Shown piece after piece: positions 12,246-23,111 of a DNA stretch of 37,221 nt. Under the pieces are notes generated by a model. The model searched no databases. It saw nothing but the letters and a program-made list of their open reading frames with translations, and had not been told where the DNA came from. The stretch comes from Veleropilina oligotropha. Lineage: Eukaryota. Positions within the stretch are counted from its first letter, which is position 1. Each line of letters starts with the position of its first letter. The position numbers and the translations under genes were made by a program. The stretch lies in contig JBEUKZ010000083.1 in the NCBI GenBank assembly GCA_048128005.1, positions 124,001-161,221 on the forward strand, written 5' to 3'.

Positions 12246-12743
12246 GACTGGGAATACATATAACTGTGAACAAAACCAGACTAAAAGAGACCATTCAACA
12301 ACATTTCACTCAAGCTTACGACTAAATTGATAAAAATTCAACGTAGATCTTATATAATAATGGCACGAAAAGTTTAATTCGTTACGCAGTGGAAACAAGA
12401 CGTTTTCCGAAGATACAGATGCTTTATCTAAGGCTTCTCAGATCATTTAGAAACATTAATTTGACAAAGGCTCTTCCCGGTTTACAGGCTCCTTTTCGGA
12501 AGACAACTAAGTCAATACATGCGAGTTGAAATCATATCATCTATATGACGCTTTATTGCACCAGTTTGAAAGATCTAAATCGTACAGAGTCACTATTCAC
12601 ACTCTTCACCAACAAGATTATTAGCTTACGATCCAATGCAAAGAATAGAGCACCAAATCAGACGCGCAACCCAAACAACGATAAACTCATAAACACCTCT
12701 GCCAATCTACACATGCTGCATGCCGCAACTCGGAACGAATATA

Positions 12744-13192
12744 TCATATTGGTATGTGTGTCGCATGAGAGAGTAATGGAATTAATAGAACACCGGACAG
12801 CTGCAACTCCCCAGTTTCATTTGTCAAAAGATCCTTCACTGTCGGACGACTTCATCATGTCGTCCACCATCCTAGTTCGTCTGCTGCAACATCATCCTAC
12901 CACGGGACACCGATAAGTCTATTTAAATTTACAGATACCATAATACAGATGATGATAGATCACCTCATGTCATATTCGTATGTGTGTCGCATGACAGAGT
13001 AATGAAATTAGAAGAACACCTGACAGCTGCAATTCCCCAGTTTCTCTTGTCAAAAGATCCTTCACTGTGGGACGACTTCATCTTGTCGTGCACCATCATA
13101 GTTCCTCTGATGCAACATCATCCTACCATGTAAAACCGATAAGTCTATTTAAATTTACAGATACCATAATACAGAAGGTGATAGATCACCTC
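12744..13192. repeat. Tandem duplication, 226-bp period, two copies
   Basis: TCATATT(G/C)GTATGTGTGTCGCATGA...GATAGATCACCTC starts at 12744 and 12970. Confidence 0.9.
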
Positions 13193-14188
13193 CTGAATAG
13201 AAATATGCTTTGACAGAAAAGCATTCAGTGGTGTATTAAATATCTCACCAGTAACGGTTCCACCATGTCGGATGAAGCCACTGCTGCCTTAGAACACGAG
13301 AGGGGCTGAAAGCAGTAGACACGGAATCTACTACTGGGGAAGACCAACACTGCTAGCCATGTTAAACAAATGATATATGGGGAGATTTGTCCACTCATTG
13401 TTTCCCTTTCTCTTCTCGCAGTGATGAATAATTTCATGCATTTCCTCAATCCTGAGCAGAATCCTGTGATGGCAGATTACATCTACTTCTTTCTCTGGTG
13501 AAATGTACTCAGTGGAAGATTTCGCGGAGATTCACAAAGAACATAAGTTCGCTATATATTTACGAGGACTCCATACAGAGAATAAATTATATATTTATGT
13601 AAAGGAACTGCAATAACAGCAAGTGTAGTAACGCTAAAATGGATTGCACAGGATATATGTAAATATCGATGCAGTAAAAGATAATATATGATAATTTCTT
13701 ATAATCGAATGAGGTACAACTACAAATTGGAAAAGTGGATTTAAATTGTGATACTTGTGTTCCAGCTATCACGTTATTATAATTTATTGATATTATTTTT
13801 TAAGTTTTGATAATGTCATACCTGAGTAACTAATACGGTTATTATTATACCATACGTGAGTAAGTAACATTATTACGTGTATTGGTGAGACATGATATTA
13901 CTCCAATGCATTTAGAAGATACGTATCAGTAGTTGTGTCTTGAAAAGTGAGTGTGACTACTGAGGATATCACTCTTTTAATCATTTTATTGCCTACCTGT
14001 AAAGGTTGGCTAGTTATATTTATCCAATATTGTTTCTCATTTAGTATTATATCTACAGTGGGCGATTGTTTGTTTATATAAAGATCAAATGTGGCATGTT
14101 CCTAGCAATCTGTGGGGAAAACGCCTAATCATCATTTAGAAGTATATATATATATATAGCAAATGAATAAAAGCTGCGGACTTATAGC

Positions 14189-14522
14189 ATACTAGTGTGT
14201 TCTGTCACGTAGAATAATTCATAAAACCCACTTTACGCGCATATATTATATACATCACGTAGGTACAAGTATTGAGTCTAATAACGCATAAATGTATTTT
14301 GGGGGCGGCCATTTTGAATTTTACCCATCCTTTGTCAACAAAATATAGCCCATGGATATAATCTTATGCTTAAGAATTGCGCAACATACTAGTGTGTTTT
14401 ACTACATTGAATAACTCATAAAATGCACTTTACTCACATATATACCATGACGATACCCAATTATAAGTCTAATAACGCTTATAGACGTTATTTCGATGGC
14501 GACTATTTTGAATTTTTCCCAT
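14189..14522. repeat. Two diverged subterminal repeats (about 196-bp period) of Academ-B
   Basis: CATACTAGTGTGTT...AGTCTAATAACGC...GGCG(G/A)C(C/T)ATTTTGAATTTT occurs twice. Confidence 0.75.
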
Positions 14523-15099
14523 AATTCAACAACGGAAGCCATTTCAGAGTTGATCCGGGATTGAAATCTTTTAGTACCCCCTAGAGATTTTCTATGCCAA
14601 ATATGGCGTTTTTGTCACTCGCGTAACGATATTTTCGTTAAGCGACCTGACTACTGGGGATTTTTGGAGACATACATTTTTGGATAGCCTATTATGTCTC
14701 TATTCGATATCTGCTTGTCTACAATAAAAATATTAGTGGAATAACAAAATGGCGGCTTTATCACATTTGATTTTTGTGTATTTGTTATTTTCGATATATT
14801 CTGTTCAGTTTTAAAAGAATACATGCTTGCAATGGCTTATTTTAACGATAAACATTTTGGCAACATGATGTACCTACTTTTGTCCAAAATAATTATTGTA
14901 CAATTGTAAAAATGGCGGTTAAAATTCAAAATTGTGGTTTCAAACTATAGTAATTGGGTTTCAATTAGTAAAAAAATAGTTAACTTTTTTGCAATTTTTT
15001 GAGAGTTTGATTATGGATGGATATGACCTAGATATTTTGTAATCTGCCGGCAGACAAGCTCAACTGTCCCTCTGGCGGCTATATTGGAAAAAATCCAAT

Positions 15100-15702
15100 A
15101 TGGCCGCCATCCGAAGAAAGAAATACCATTTAGGACCTTTATGTCTAAGCAACATAAATTAGAAAATAATATCTCTATTTTAGTTTGTGGAAATCGATAA
15201 TGACATTAATATCGCTTTTCCAGGTTAAGGTCAAGACCAAATCACAATTTCAAGGTCGAAAATTGCGTATTGGCCTAAACGCGCATTATGTCCGCAACCT
15301 GAAACACCGAAAATTATAAAATTTAGTCTAAACATCGTAGATTAATAAATAATACCTCCATTTTATGGTTTTCAAGGATGACGAAGTCGATTATGACATT
15401 ATTTTCTAGATACCTGATTAAAGTCAAGGTCAAATAACCATTTCAATGTCAAAAAATGGTATAAAATCGCGCAATATGTCTGCCACCCGAAAGACGAAAC
15501 ACCATAGCTTTAATCTAAACAACATAAATTAATACATAATACCTCCACAATGGTGCTTTTAATGATGACGGCGTCGATCATTGCATTATTTTCGTCATTC
15601 CAGGTTAAGCTCAAGGTCAAATCACCATTTCTAGGTCCAAATGGTATAAAACGCAAAATATGGTTCTCGCTCGAAAGACGGAATACCATAACTTTTAAAC
15701 TA
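15100..15702. repeat. About 187-bp subterminal tandem array of Academ-A; last unit resumes at 18824-18950; inverted unit at 21007-21065 + 22815-22905
   Basis: AATACCTCCA at 15351 and 15538. Recurrent AGGTCAAAT(C/A)AC(A/C)ATTTC and GTCGAT(T/C)AT motifs. Confidence 0.8.
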
Positions 15703-15831
15703 CCGTAAAGCTTCGAATAGAAGCCGGGCCTCCAATAAACGCCGGCCTCTAATAGACGCCGGGGGTTTGAGTGCCTTGAAATCAATACACGCCGGGCCTC
15801 CAATAAACGCCGGGTCAGTCAGATGTAATCG

Positions 15832-15896
15832 GATGCTATGGCAACGAGCACGCTGTGTCACGTGCCCTGTCTGGGTTATGTCTGGAAATCCACGTG
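15832..15896 (+). promoter_or_regulatory. Putative internal promoter motifs: RFX X-box-like GATGCTATGGCAAC and two CACGTG E-boxes
   Basis: Motifs at 15832-45, 15859-64 and 15891-96, between the left subterminal repeats and the first ATG. Function is inference only. Confidence 0.35.
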
Positions 15897-15919
15897 CTGT
15901 CTAGTTCTTTATTTCATGC

Positions 15920-16297
15920 ATGTCTAGAACAAGAGAATATATTTGGACATTTGGCAGCAGCATTCGAGGCTTTCATGTATACAAATCGGACTGGACGCCA
16001 CATGAAGGTGAAATTCTAAGTATTCGGATAGAACATAATAATTTATATGACTTGAATGCAGTGTGTATAATTGCACATAATATCGGAATTGTTGGACACG
16101 CACCGCGTGAATTATCAGCAATACTCAAACACTTCCTGAAGCATTCAGGGAGTATTACTGTTGTGGTCACGGACGCAAACTACAGGCATTCAACAATTGC
16201 TGGGGGACTTGAAATAGCAGCAGATTATAGACTGGGTGGTGGAATAAAACTGGTTTCTAGAGCCAAAAAAGTATTGGCATGTAAAATTGAACATTGA
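15920..16297 (+). CDS. Stand-alone HIRAN-like domain protein (125 aa) inside the pogo element
   Basis: Intact ATG-TGA ORF. IRGFHVYK..W.P..GE.L....E.NN.YD.NAV......IVGH.PRELS..L matches the HIRAN signature (RG.hY; E..N.YD.NAv; vGhlPr), followed by VT..R..GGLEI. Confidence 0.8.
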   Translation: MSRTREYIWTFGSSIRGFHVYKSDWTPHEGEILSIRIEHNNLYDLNAVCIIAHNIGIVGHAPRELSAILKHFLKHSGSITVVVTDANYRHSTIAGGLEIAADYRLGGGIKLVSRAKKVLACKIEH

Positions 16298-16307
16298 ACA
16301 TTCGGAT

Positions 16308-17729
16308 ATGGCTTCGTGTGAAGACTAAAAAACTGTGACAAAAATACGTAAAAGCTATGATGCTAATTTTAAACTCCAGGCAGTACAATTCGTCAAGGAA
16401 AACTCTAAGGAAGCGGCAGGGCGACGGTTTAATGTTGACGCGAAACGAATACGTGAGTGGTGCAAACAAGAGGAAGAGCTGCAGAATATGATAAAGCATT
16501 ATGGATCCAAAAGAAAGAGAATGGAAGGAGCAGGACGAAAGCTAACCAGTGAGCATCTCGATCAAATGGTGTTCGACTGGATTCAGGGGCAGCGAAGCTT
16601 GAAGCGAATAGTCAGCAGAAAATCAATAATGAGAAAAGCTACTGAACTATTCGGGAAAGAGAATTTTGATGATACCACCAAGGAAAATTTCAAAGCAAGC
16701 AGGGGATGGATCGACAAATTCATGACGAGACACAGACTGGCAATCAGGAAACGTACTACTGTATGTCAAAAGACACCCGAGCAACTGATCCCCAAACTAG
16801 TAAATTTCGTCATTCATATTCGCGACGCTAGACTGAAATTCAACTATCCATTAGCCAGCATAGGGGCGATGGATGAAACTGCTGTCTGGGTGGACATGGT
16901 GGCTGAGACGACTGTGGATAATGTCGGCGCCAAAACAGTGGCTGTGAAGTCGACAGGAAACCAAAAAAACAGGTTCACCGTCTGCCTCACAGCGAAAGCG
17001 AATGGCGTAAAACTGCCACCTTTCATAGTGTTTAAAGGAAAAAGACAAGATCCAGCGCTCTCGCAAATACCTGGGATTTGCGTTTCGTACTCATCTAACG
17101 GCTGGATGAATGATGATCTGACCATTCAGTGGCTTCAGAAAATCTGGGGAATATTCGCGTTCGGCAAGAGGCTGCTAGTCTGGGACTGCTACAGATGCCA
17201 CATCAGTGTTGCAACAAAGGCCGAGGTGAGCAAGTTGCAGACGCACATGGCCGTTATCCCTGGAGGCTGCACGGGGTTGATCCAAGCCCCTGATGTTGTA
17301 TGGAATGCGCCATTCAAAGTTGCCTATCGAGAGTTATATGAAGAATGGATGTCCGATGGGGAGCACTCGTTTACCCCTGCTGGAAACATGAGGCCGCCAA
17401 CACGGCTGTTGATGTGTCAGTGGGTAAAAAAGGCATGGGAGACATGTCTTACGCGAGATCAGGTAGCCTCGTCGTTCAAATCGTGCGGTATTACCATCAA
17501 CACCGACGGCAGTGAAGACGACATGATCACCTGCTTCAAAGAAGGTAGGGAAGCAGAGGGAGCTATCCCTTGCCTCAAGGTAGAGCACGCGAATCTTCTG
17601 AGAGCCCACGTGGAAGATGCCCGGGATCCATTTGAGGAATTTGATCATCCGCAATCTGAAGACGAGGAAGAGCTTGAAAGGAATGAACTGGTCATTGAAG
17701 AGGATTTGGACGGCGACCTTGATGTCTAA
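16308..17729 (+). CDS. pogo transposase (Brinker-like DBD + CENP-B HTH + DDE_1, DD35D); one in-frame TAA at codon 7
   Basis: RKSYDANFKLQAV..AAGRRFNV..IREW (BrkDBD); FKASRGWIDKFMTRH (CENP-B HTH). Catalytic MDET, VWDCY and QAPDV, with 35 residues between the 2nd and 3rd D. Acidic tail. ATG at 16308 is in frame: MASCED*KTVTKIRKSY. Confidence 0.95.
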
Positions 17730-18970
17730 TGTCATTTCTTATTAACATGAATAAGACTGTATATATGTTTTAACGTTAAATTTGGAGTTTTTTTAATGAA
17801 GTTGAATTGATTGACAGTTAAATAAAATGGCTATTGTTGATAATGACATTGACAATTCAATTGACCAGTTATCATATATAATATATTGAATAAAACTTGT
17901 TTTTCGATAGATGGTTTTGTTTCAGTACTGAATTTGAATGGGGCTATTGATTATGATGCATGTAGTAGATTAGTTAAGGATCTATTGGCTATATTATTGA
18001 GACTGTGCATAATTATTAGCTTTGCTGTTTTGGTAATGTCATCGATTTATCTATGACACATGTCAATAATCACATTGTTAAACACAAACGTGCTACAATT
18101 CGTCGTTATAGATGCAATTATAATTATTATGTACACGTGCATCTATATTTTAGTTGAAAGCATTCAATGAAAGCATTCTTCCATGTTCATTATTATTGCA
18201 ACGAGCGACGAAGTTCAGGTCTACGTATCGAAGATGAGGAAGGGAGACGAGGTGCATAGCCGAAATTAGAACTGCATACGGAATGCTGAAAAACTTGAAT
18301 CTAATCAAATTGTCAGGAATCGTTGTCCATATACTGTTTTCTTCATTAATTTACGTGATTCCATAAGCTATAAGTTATATCGCTATAATGCATTTCGTAA
18401 AATGCCTAATTTTCATACTTCTGGGAGCAAACTTTCAGGCACAAGAACACATTCTTTTGAGACAAATGTCATTATTTAGGAAAGAATATCATATATTTAC
18501 TGCAGGCGTTAATACATGATCACCGGCATTCTTAACTTATAATAATTGCGAACACCAGTCTATAGCGGCTTTACGTAATGTTGTCCCAGTATCGTCACAA
18601 ACTATTTACATTTTAAATACCGTAAATAACTGGGTATGAACATATTGAAATGAATAAGCGCCGGGGGTTTCAGTGCCTTGAAATCAATAAGCGCCGGGGG
18701 TTTCAGTGCCTTGAAATCAATAAGCGCCGGGCCTCTAATAAGCGCCGGCCTCTAATAGACGCCGGGTCAAAGAGCTGCCTGAAATCAATTAACGCCCGGG
18801 CGTCTATTCGAAGCTTTACGGTAAGCATCATAGAATAATAAATAATACCTACATTCTGGGGTTTTCCATGATGACAGTCGAATATTTTGGCGACGAGATT
18901 GTCATAACATCATTTCAAGGTTAAAAATGGTATAAAAACCCGACATACGCTGATTTAGTAATTAACATGT

Positions 18971-19276
18971 GCCGTCGTGGCTCAATGGGTAGAGCACCGG
19001 ACTCTGGTGGAAGAGTCTCTCGTTTGCCTTCTGGTCTTGGCGATGTCACTTGAGCAAGGAAATAAACATATATTTGCCTCGATCCACCCAGCCGATCAGA
19101 ATGTACATCTGGTTGGCAGTTATGTAAGTCACAGCGCTACCCACGTGTAACGATGCTAATGCGCCCTGAGTGGGTTGAGATGAAACCCTAGTGAAATAGA
19201 CCCATAATGTATGTAATGTATAGCGCATTGTGACGGTTGAGTATAAATACGCGATTTTATTATTATTATTATTATT
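18971..19276 (+). mobile_element. tRNA-derived SINE with Deu/Nin-like central domain and (ATT)n tail
   Basis: A-box GTGGCTCAATGGGTAGAGC; TTGAGCAAGG..TTGCCTCGATCCACCCAG; TTA-repeat tail. ATTAAC(C)ATGT on both sides is a possible TSD. Confidence 0.75.
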
Positions 19277-19394
19277 AACCATGTTTCGATCATTTTGCCA
19301 ACTCTGATTGCTTCTGAAACCAAACAGTTGAGATTTACTTGTTAGAAGGAGGATGCCATACAGGGTGATATGTAGCATATGTTAAACTTTGTGT

Positions 19395-19526
19395 AGTAAA
19401 ATTCACTACTTTAGGTAGTGAAATTCACTAATTTGGGTAGTAAATTTACTACTTTTGGTAGAGTCTGAAAAGAGAGTGAAATTCACTACTTTAGGTATTG
19501 AAATTCACTACTTATTTTTCTCAGTG
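19395..19526. repeat. Short repeat cluster (AGTGAAATTCACTACTTTAGGT-like), probable MITE end
   Basis: About five AAATTCACTA(C/A)T units ending in TTTTTCTCAGTG. Confidence 0.55.
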
Positions 19527-19539
19527 TTTCAGTGTGATA

Positions 19540-20995
19540 TGTTTCGCACAGTGTCGTTAGTACATACGTTCAACATATGGGCCCAGCTGGTTGCTCAGGA
19601 AAATGAACGTCGCTACATCAGGTTGGCGCATCATTTGAATCACAGCCGGCATGTCTATGACCATCACTGCTATATCACACGACCAGCAAAATACACTTGT
19701 TGGGACGCCTTGACAATTCTGAGCCCTTGATCTCAGCGTCTCACGGTCAAAATGAGAGGATGGCTCTCGCTGATTCTCAAATGTGAGTTCATGATCAGTT
19801 TTCAGAAATGTGTTACCCCTCTCTCTAAGCACATCCACGAATGTCATAACGTCAGTGATGAATCATGTTTGGAGAGCGGGTGAATCCGCGTATTGAACGA
19901 CGGATGAGTCACACATGTTCAGTATACTCTCAAGCTTACCAATAAGGACCTGTCTGCATTATCATCAATGTCTTTCAAGCCACCACCACCTGCATATAGC
20001 ATTTTGTTGCTTTATTCGTAGAACTGGTTTTGGAAATTAGCGAGAACTTGTGCCATGATCGCTTGGCCATGACATTCCGTTCTTAAACGCCTAGTACCCA
20101 CTAGGATATTTGTCAGGCAGTTTGGCCCAATCATTTACGGAGATTGGCACCCACCTTGCATAAATGATATGGTCAACTGCAAGGATCCAGGGACGGTGTT
20201 TATCAAGTACTTGAACATCGAACTCCCCTTCCCACAAGAAGTTCACAAATCGGCACATGATGAGCTCTAATTCGATGATACCAGACCAGTACTTGAACAT
20301 GGGTGCATCCTCATCACGCTTCACGGTAGATACATGTATGCCTTCTGTGTGAGTTGTGACAGATATACAAGCGAGACATGGTGAGCATAACGTATGCGTT
20401 TAATGTGATTGTTCACCCACTTCATTCTCCGATCCGTGGATGAACTTCCAAGCAAAAGTTGTGCCTTGTTGTCGATGTGCTCCCATCATTAAGACATACA
20501 CGTCATGTCGGAGATCTGTAGGTTGCACGATGACATAATGGTTTGAGAGCCTGGATTTTGATGTAGTTGGTTGGTTGGTAACTGTCTTCTACTCCATGTT
20601 TTAGTCATTCGTTTTCAGCCTTATCGTAGTCGGGACAGCCGGATTAAGGTCTCACTCCGATTTGACCTATATATATATGGCATATGCATTCTATTACTGT
20701 TAACGCCGGAGCGGGAGACAAAGCCACATCCCTTCGTCCCACTTAACTTTTTCCGATGCATTACCAATTGAGCTATCAAGGACAGTTAGGGTTCGGATGT
20801 AAGGACATTGTCAATTTTAACTGGTCCATGAGTATCCCTCATTTATCACTTTGATAGGGTAAACACAATGCCATTGAAGTCATCATTTAAAAGGTTGCTG
20901 GTCTTCTTGTGTTCTAAATTGTCCACATTCCGTGTTGTGAAGACACCTGATCACATATTGGCAGGCAAAACAATACCATCTTCTTAAATCCGCTA
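19540..20995 (-). pseudogene. Degenerate, internally deleted transposase of Academ-A
   Basis: Minus-strand remnants in expected order: EDGIVLPANM*SGVFTTRNVDNLEH..DDFNG; HIKRIRYAHHVSL; FKYWSGIIELEL..EGEF..DHIIYARW..LPDKYP; KFSLI..SNKML.AGGGG; FVDVLRERGNTFL; ENQREPSS; IDMPAVIQMM..TF..PYVE. Confidence 0.8.
20566..20781 (-). mobile_element. tRNA-derived SINE with (CAAC)n tail
   Basis: The reverse complement begins CCTTGATAGCTCAATTGGTAA (A-box). GGTT repeats at about 20566-20580. Homologous to 12036-12245. Confidence 0.65.
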
Positions 20996-21361
20996 ACTGT
21001 AATCGCGTAAACAATGTCATAATCGACTTCCTCATCCTTGAAAACCCTAAAATCGAGGTATTCATTATTATTACTCGGGTGTTGAAGATATCGCCATCTC
21101 ATAAAAATCTCGTATCTTACGGGTGTTGGATAAACAATTGACCTCCAACTCTCAATTTTGATTGGACAATAGCAATCTGCTGATGTAAGGTCACGGGACT
21201 ACTTTTTTCATTGATAAATGTTACAACTTTTACTATCAAACAAATGTCTCACGACTGTCGTCGGAACAGATCTTATAAAGCAACGAAAGTATAATTAAAA
21301 TAACTACAAACATTGGTAACATAAATAAAAGTAAACATACAATAAAATAGTATTTACAAAT

Positions 21362-22150
21362 AATAAGTACGACCGTTCGAACATTAACAGCTTTATTCAA
21401 GAAAACAGAAATCAAAATACATTGCGAAAGACACAGTACGATTCTAATATTTTGGCCAAATTCATGATACTAAAAGGCGACAACAGACCAGTAGAAACTA
21501 TATCGCCAAATGAACTGTGCGACATCCTACGTAATTATTTCATGTCAATAAAGAAAGCAAATGGTCAAGAATATGAACCCTCTTCACTAACATCAAAGAT
21601 ATCAAGTTTTGATCGGTTTTTAAAACACAGAGGGTACGAAAAGTCATTACTGCGGGATAGAGAGTTTTCACGGCTTCGGGATGTTTTGTCATCAAAACAA
21701 AAAGCACTTAAAAGTCAAGGGTTCGGAAACTTACCAAATAGGGCTAAAAGTTTATCTTCTGACGAAATCCAGAAATTGTATAACAGCAATGAAATGGGTT
21801 GCAACAACCCCGAATCCATCCTAAATACTCTGTGGTGGAATAACACCCGTCACTTTGGCCTTCGAAGTGTTAAACCACACCATATGATGAAATGGGGCGA
21901 TGTTTCGTTAAAGGTAGACAGCGACGGGAGATAATTCCTCGAATATAACGAGCGCCAAACGAAAACACGCACAGGTGGTGATACCAGGAATGTCCGTGAT
22001 GTTCCTCCTCGTGCTTGGGAAACGGGCGACGAACGATGTCCGGTATCCATTTATAAGCTGTATGCCACATTAAGGCCGGTAGATTTTCGTTCTGCCGAAA
22101 CACCGTTTTATCTGGCAACAAATTCGAAAGTCACGCCTGCTCAAAACCAC
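21362..22150 (+). pseudogene. Crypton tyrosine recombinase (KIAA1958/QRICH1/ZMYM DUF3504-like), nonsense at 21932-34 and C-terminally truncated
   Basis: FIQENRNQNTLRKT..NGQEYEPSSL..GFGNLPNRA..LWWNNTRHFGLRS..WGDV..DGR*FLEYNERQTKTRTG..RCPVSIYKLY..RP..PFYLA. The catalytic HxxR/GH/Y segment was not found. Confidence 0.85.
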
Positions 22151-22662
22151 AGGGGCATGTAACGCTCCTTATCGTTCGTCTGTTACCGTTTGACGATTAG
22201 CGCAGTTCACTGTTACTATATAATATCGATAAATGTCTCGACAACTTCCAATTCACAGTCCAGCTCCATAAATTTAACAGCGACTACAAATTCACAATCT
22301 ATATTTTCAACATCAACGGAGCATCGAGCCCAGACAAAACAATGATCAGTGACGATAGGAACACGTGATGTAATATGGAAATTTGACGCTATTTTGAAAT
22401 CTCTGTATATAAATAAAAATAATAATAGCCATTTACAAATATTTAATTAAATATCTTATTGATTGTTACAAGACGTTTTGTTATTATTAATTTTAACGTT
22501 GTTAGGCTATAAGAACGACCTATATTAATGCGCAAGGATTTTATCACATCTGTGAAGAGGCAATTCGTGCGCAATTGTTGTTGGCGAAAATGTTCGGATT
22601 TATATGCAGAAATACGATAATAAAACAAGTATTTCAACATAAATATCGTGAGTAATAAATAA

Positions 22663-22808
22663 AATACTACACTGGTTGTCGATAGATACCATTTTTACGT
22701 GACTCGTATATGTCTGACGGTATCTAAACTCGCTTTCGCTCGTTTAGATACCGTCAGACATATACTCGTCACGTAAAAATGGTATCTATCGACAACCAGT
22801 GTAGTATT
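22663..22808. repeat. Terminal hairpin: 67-bp arms, 2 mismatches, 12-nt loop
   Basis: 22663-22729 pairs with 22742-22808. Loop TCGCTTTCGCTC. The mismatch falls where both arms read ACTCGT. Confidence 0.95.
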
Positions 22809-22910
22809 CTATATTTAATCGATGAAAGTAATGGCATTTCGTCTATCGGATGGAGGCCATATTGCGAATTTATATATTTTTAGACCTTGAAATGGTGACT
22901 TGACATATTG

Positions 22911-23111
22911 TCATGTGTGGGTCTGCAGCTTGTATGTGACCGAACGATCCTTTGTTATTGCTCGAGACATTCGAATGATGGTCGAATGGACCGTGTGCAT
23001 TGTGCCAGCACTAAATGGTGTCTCTTCATTCATGTCTAAATCGTCCCAACAGATGTGTGACAATGTGGTTTGGCTGAATTGCGTATGGGAGTAATGTGAT
23101 TCACTTATCAA
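22911..23111 (-). pseudogene. Fragment of another Academ-type transposase
   Basis: CWDDLDMNEETPFSAGTMHTVHSTII resembles the WDN.D..EET.SG.GTTH..HG motif of a different Academ lineage. Confidence 0.5.

Larger units (their letters stand above)
11560..13520 (+). pseudogene. Degenerate Academ transposase (N-terminal half)
   Basis: Ordered remnants with stops and frameshifts: IFKLSDL, LGIHITVNKTRLKETI, DALSKASQII..FTGSF, PLPIY..LHAATR..CVSHERVMEL, FTVG..HHPSSSAATSSYHGTPISLF, LNPEQNPVMA..QWK. Confidence 0.75.
10698..14653 (+). mobile_element. Inner Academ DNA transposon (Academ-B)
   Basis: TIR TAGTCAGGTCGCTTA(G/A)CG at both ends, with further imperfect similarity. 3-bp TSD CTG at 10695-97 and 14654-56. 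Transposase remnants lie inside. Confidence 0.9.
15703..18821 (+). mobile_element. pogo-superfamily (Passer-like, DD35D) DNA transposon, 3119 bp, two ORFs
   Basis: TIR CCGTAAAGCTTCGAATAGA (19 bp perfect, about 27 bp imperfect). TA TSD at 15701-02 and 18822-23. The flanks rejoin into one unit of the 187-bp array. Confidence 0.95.
21066..22814 (+). mobile_element. Crypton (A/V-type) tyrosine-recombinase DNA transposon, internally deleted
   Basis: Carries a YR pseudogene and a terminal hairpin. The boundaries are bracketed because both flanks rejoin into an inverted unit of the 187-bp array (GAGGTATTCATT | TTAATCGATG). Confidence 0.8.

Noticed and set aside
16335..16337. GTG as the transposase start
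   Set aside because: Eukaryotic context; an in-frame ATG at 16308 followed by a premature TAA explains the ORF better.
16844..17735. Antisense ORFs within the transposase
   Set aside because: Shadow frames of a coding strand with no recognisable motif.
18650..18838. 62-aa ORF with NKRRGFQCLEI repeats; likewise minus ORF 15510-15803
   Set aside because: They are translations of the pogo subterminal repeats and cross the element boundary.
18971..19045. tRNA gene
   Set aside because: An A-box is present but there is no intact cloverleaf or B-box; it continues into a SINE body and tail. The same applies to 11021, 20781 and 36577.
20883..21102. Listed minus-strand ORFs as a host gene
   Set aside because: The informative frame is the third one (Academ transposase remnant). 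The rest is an inverted 187-bp repeat unit and the Crypton left end.
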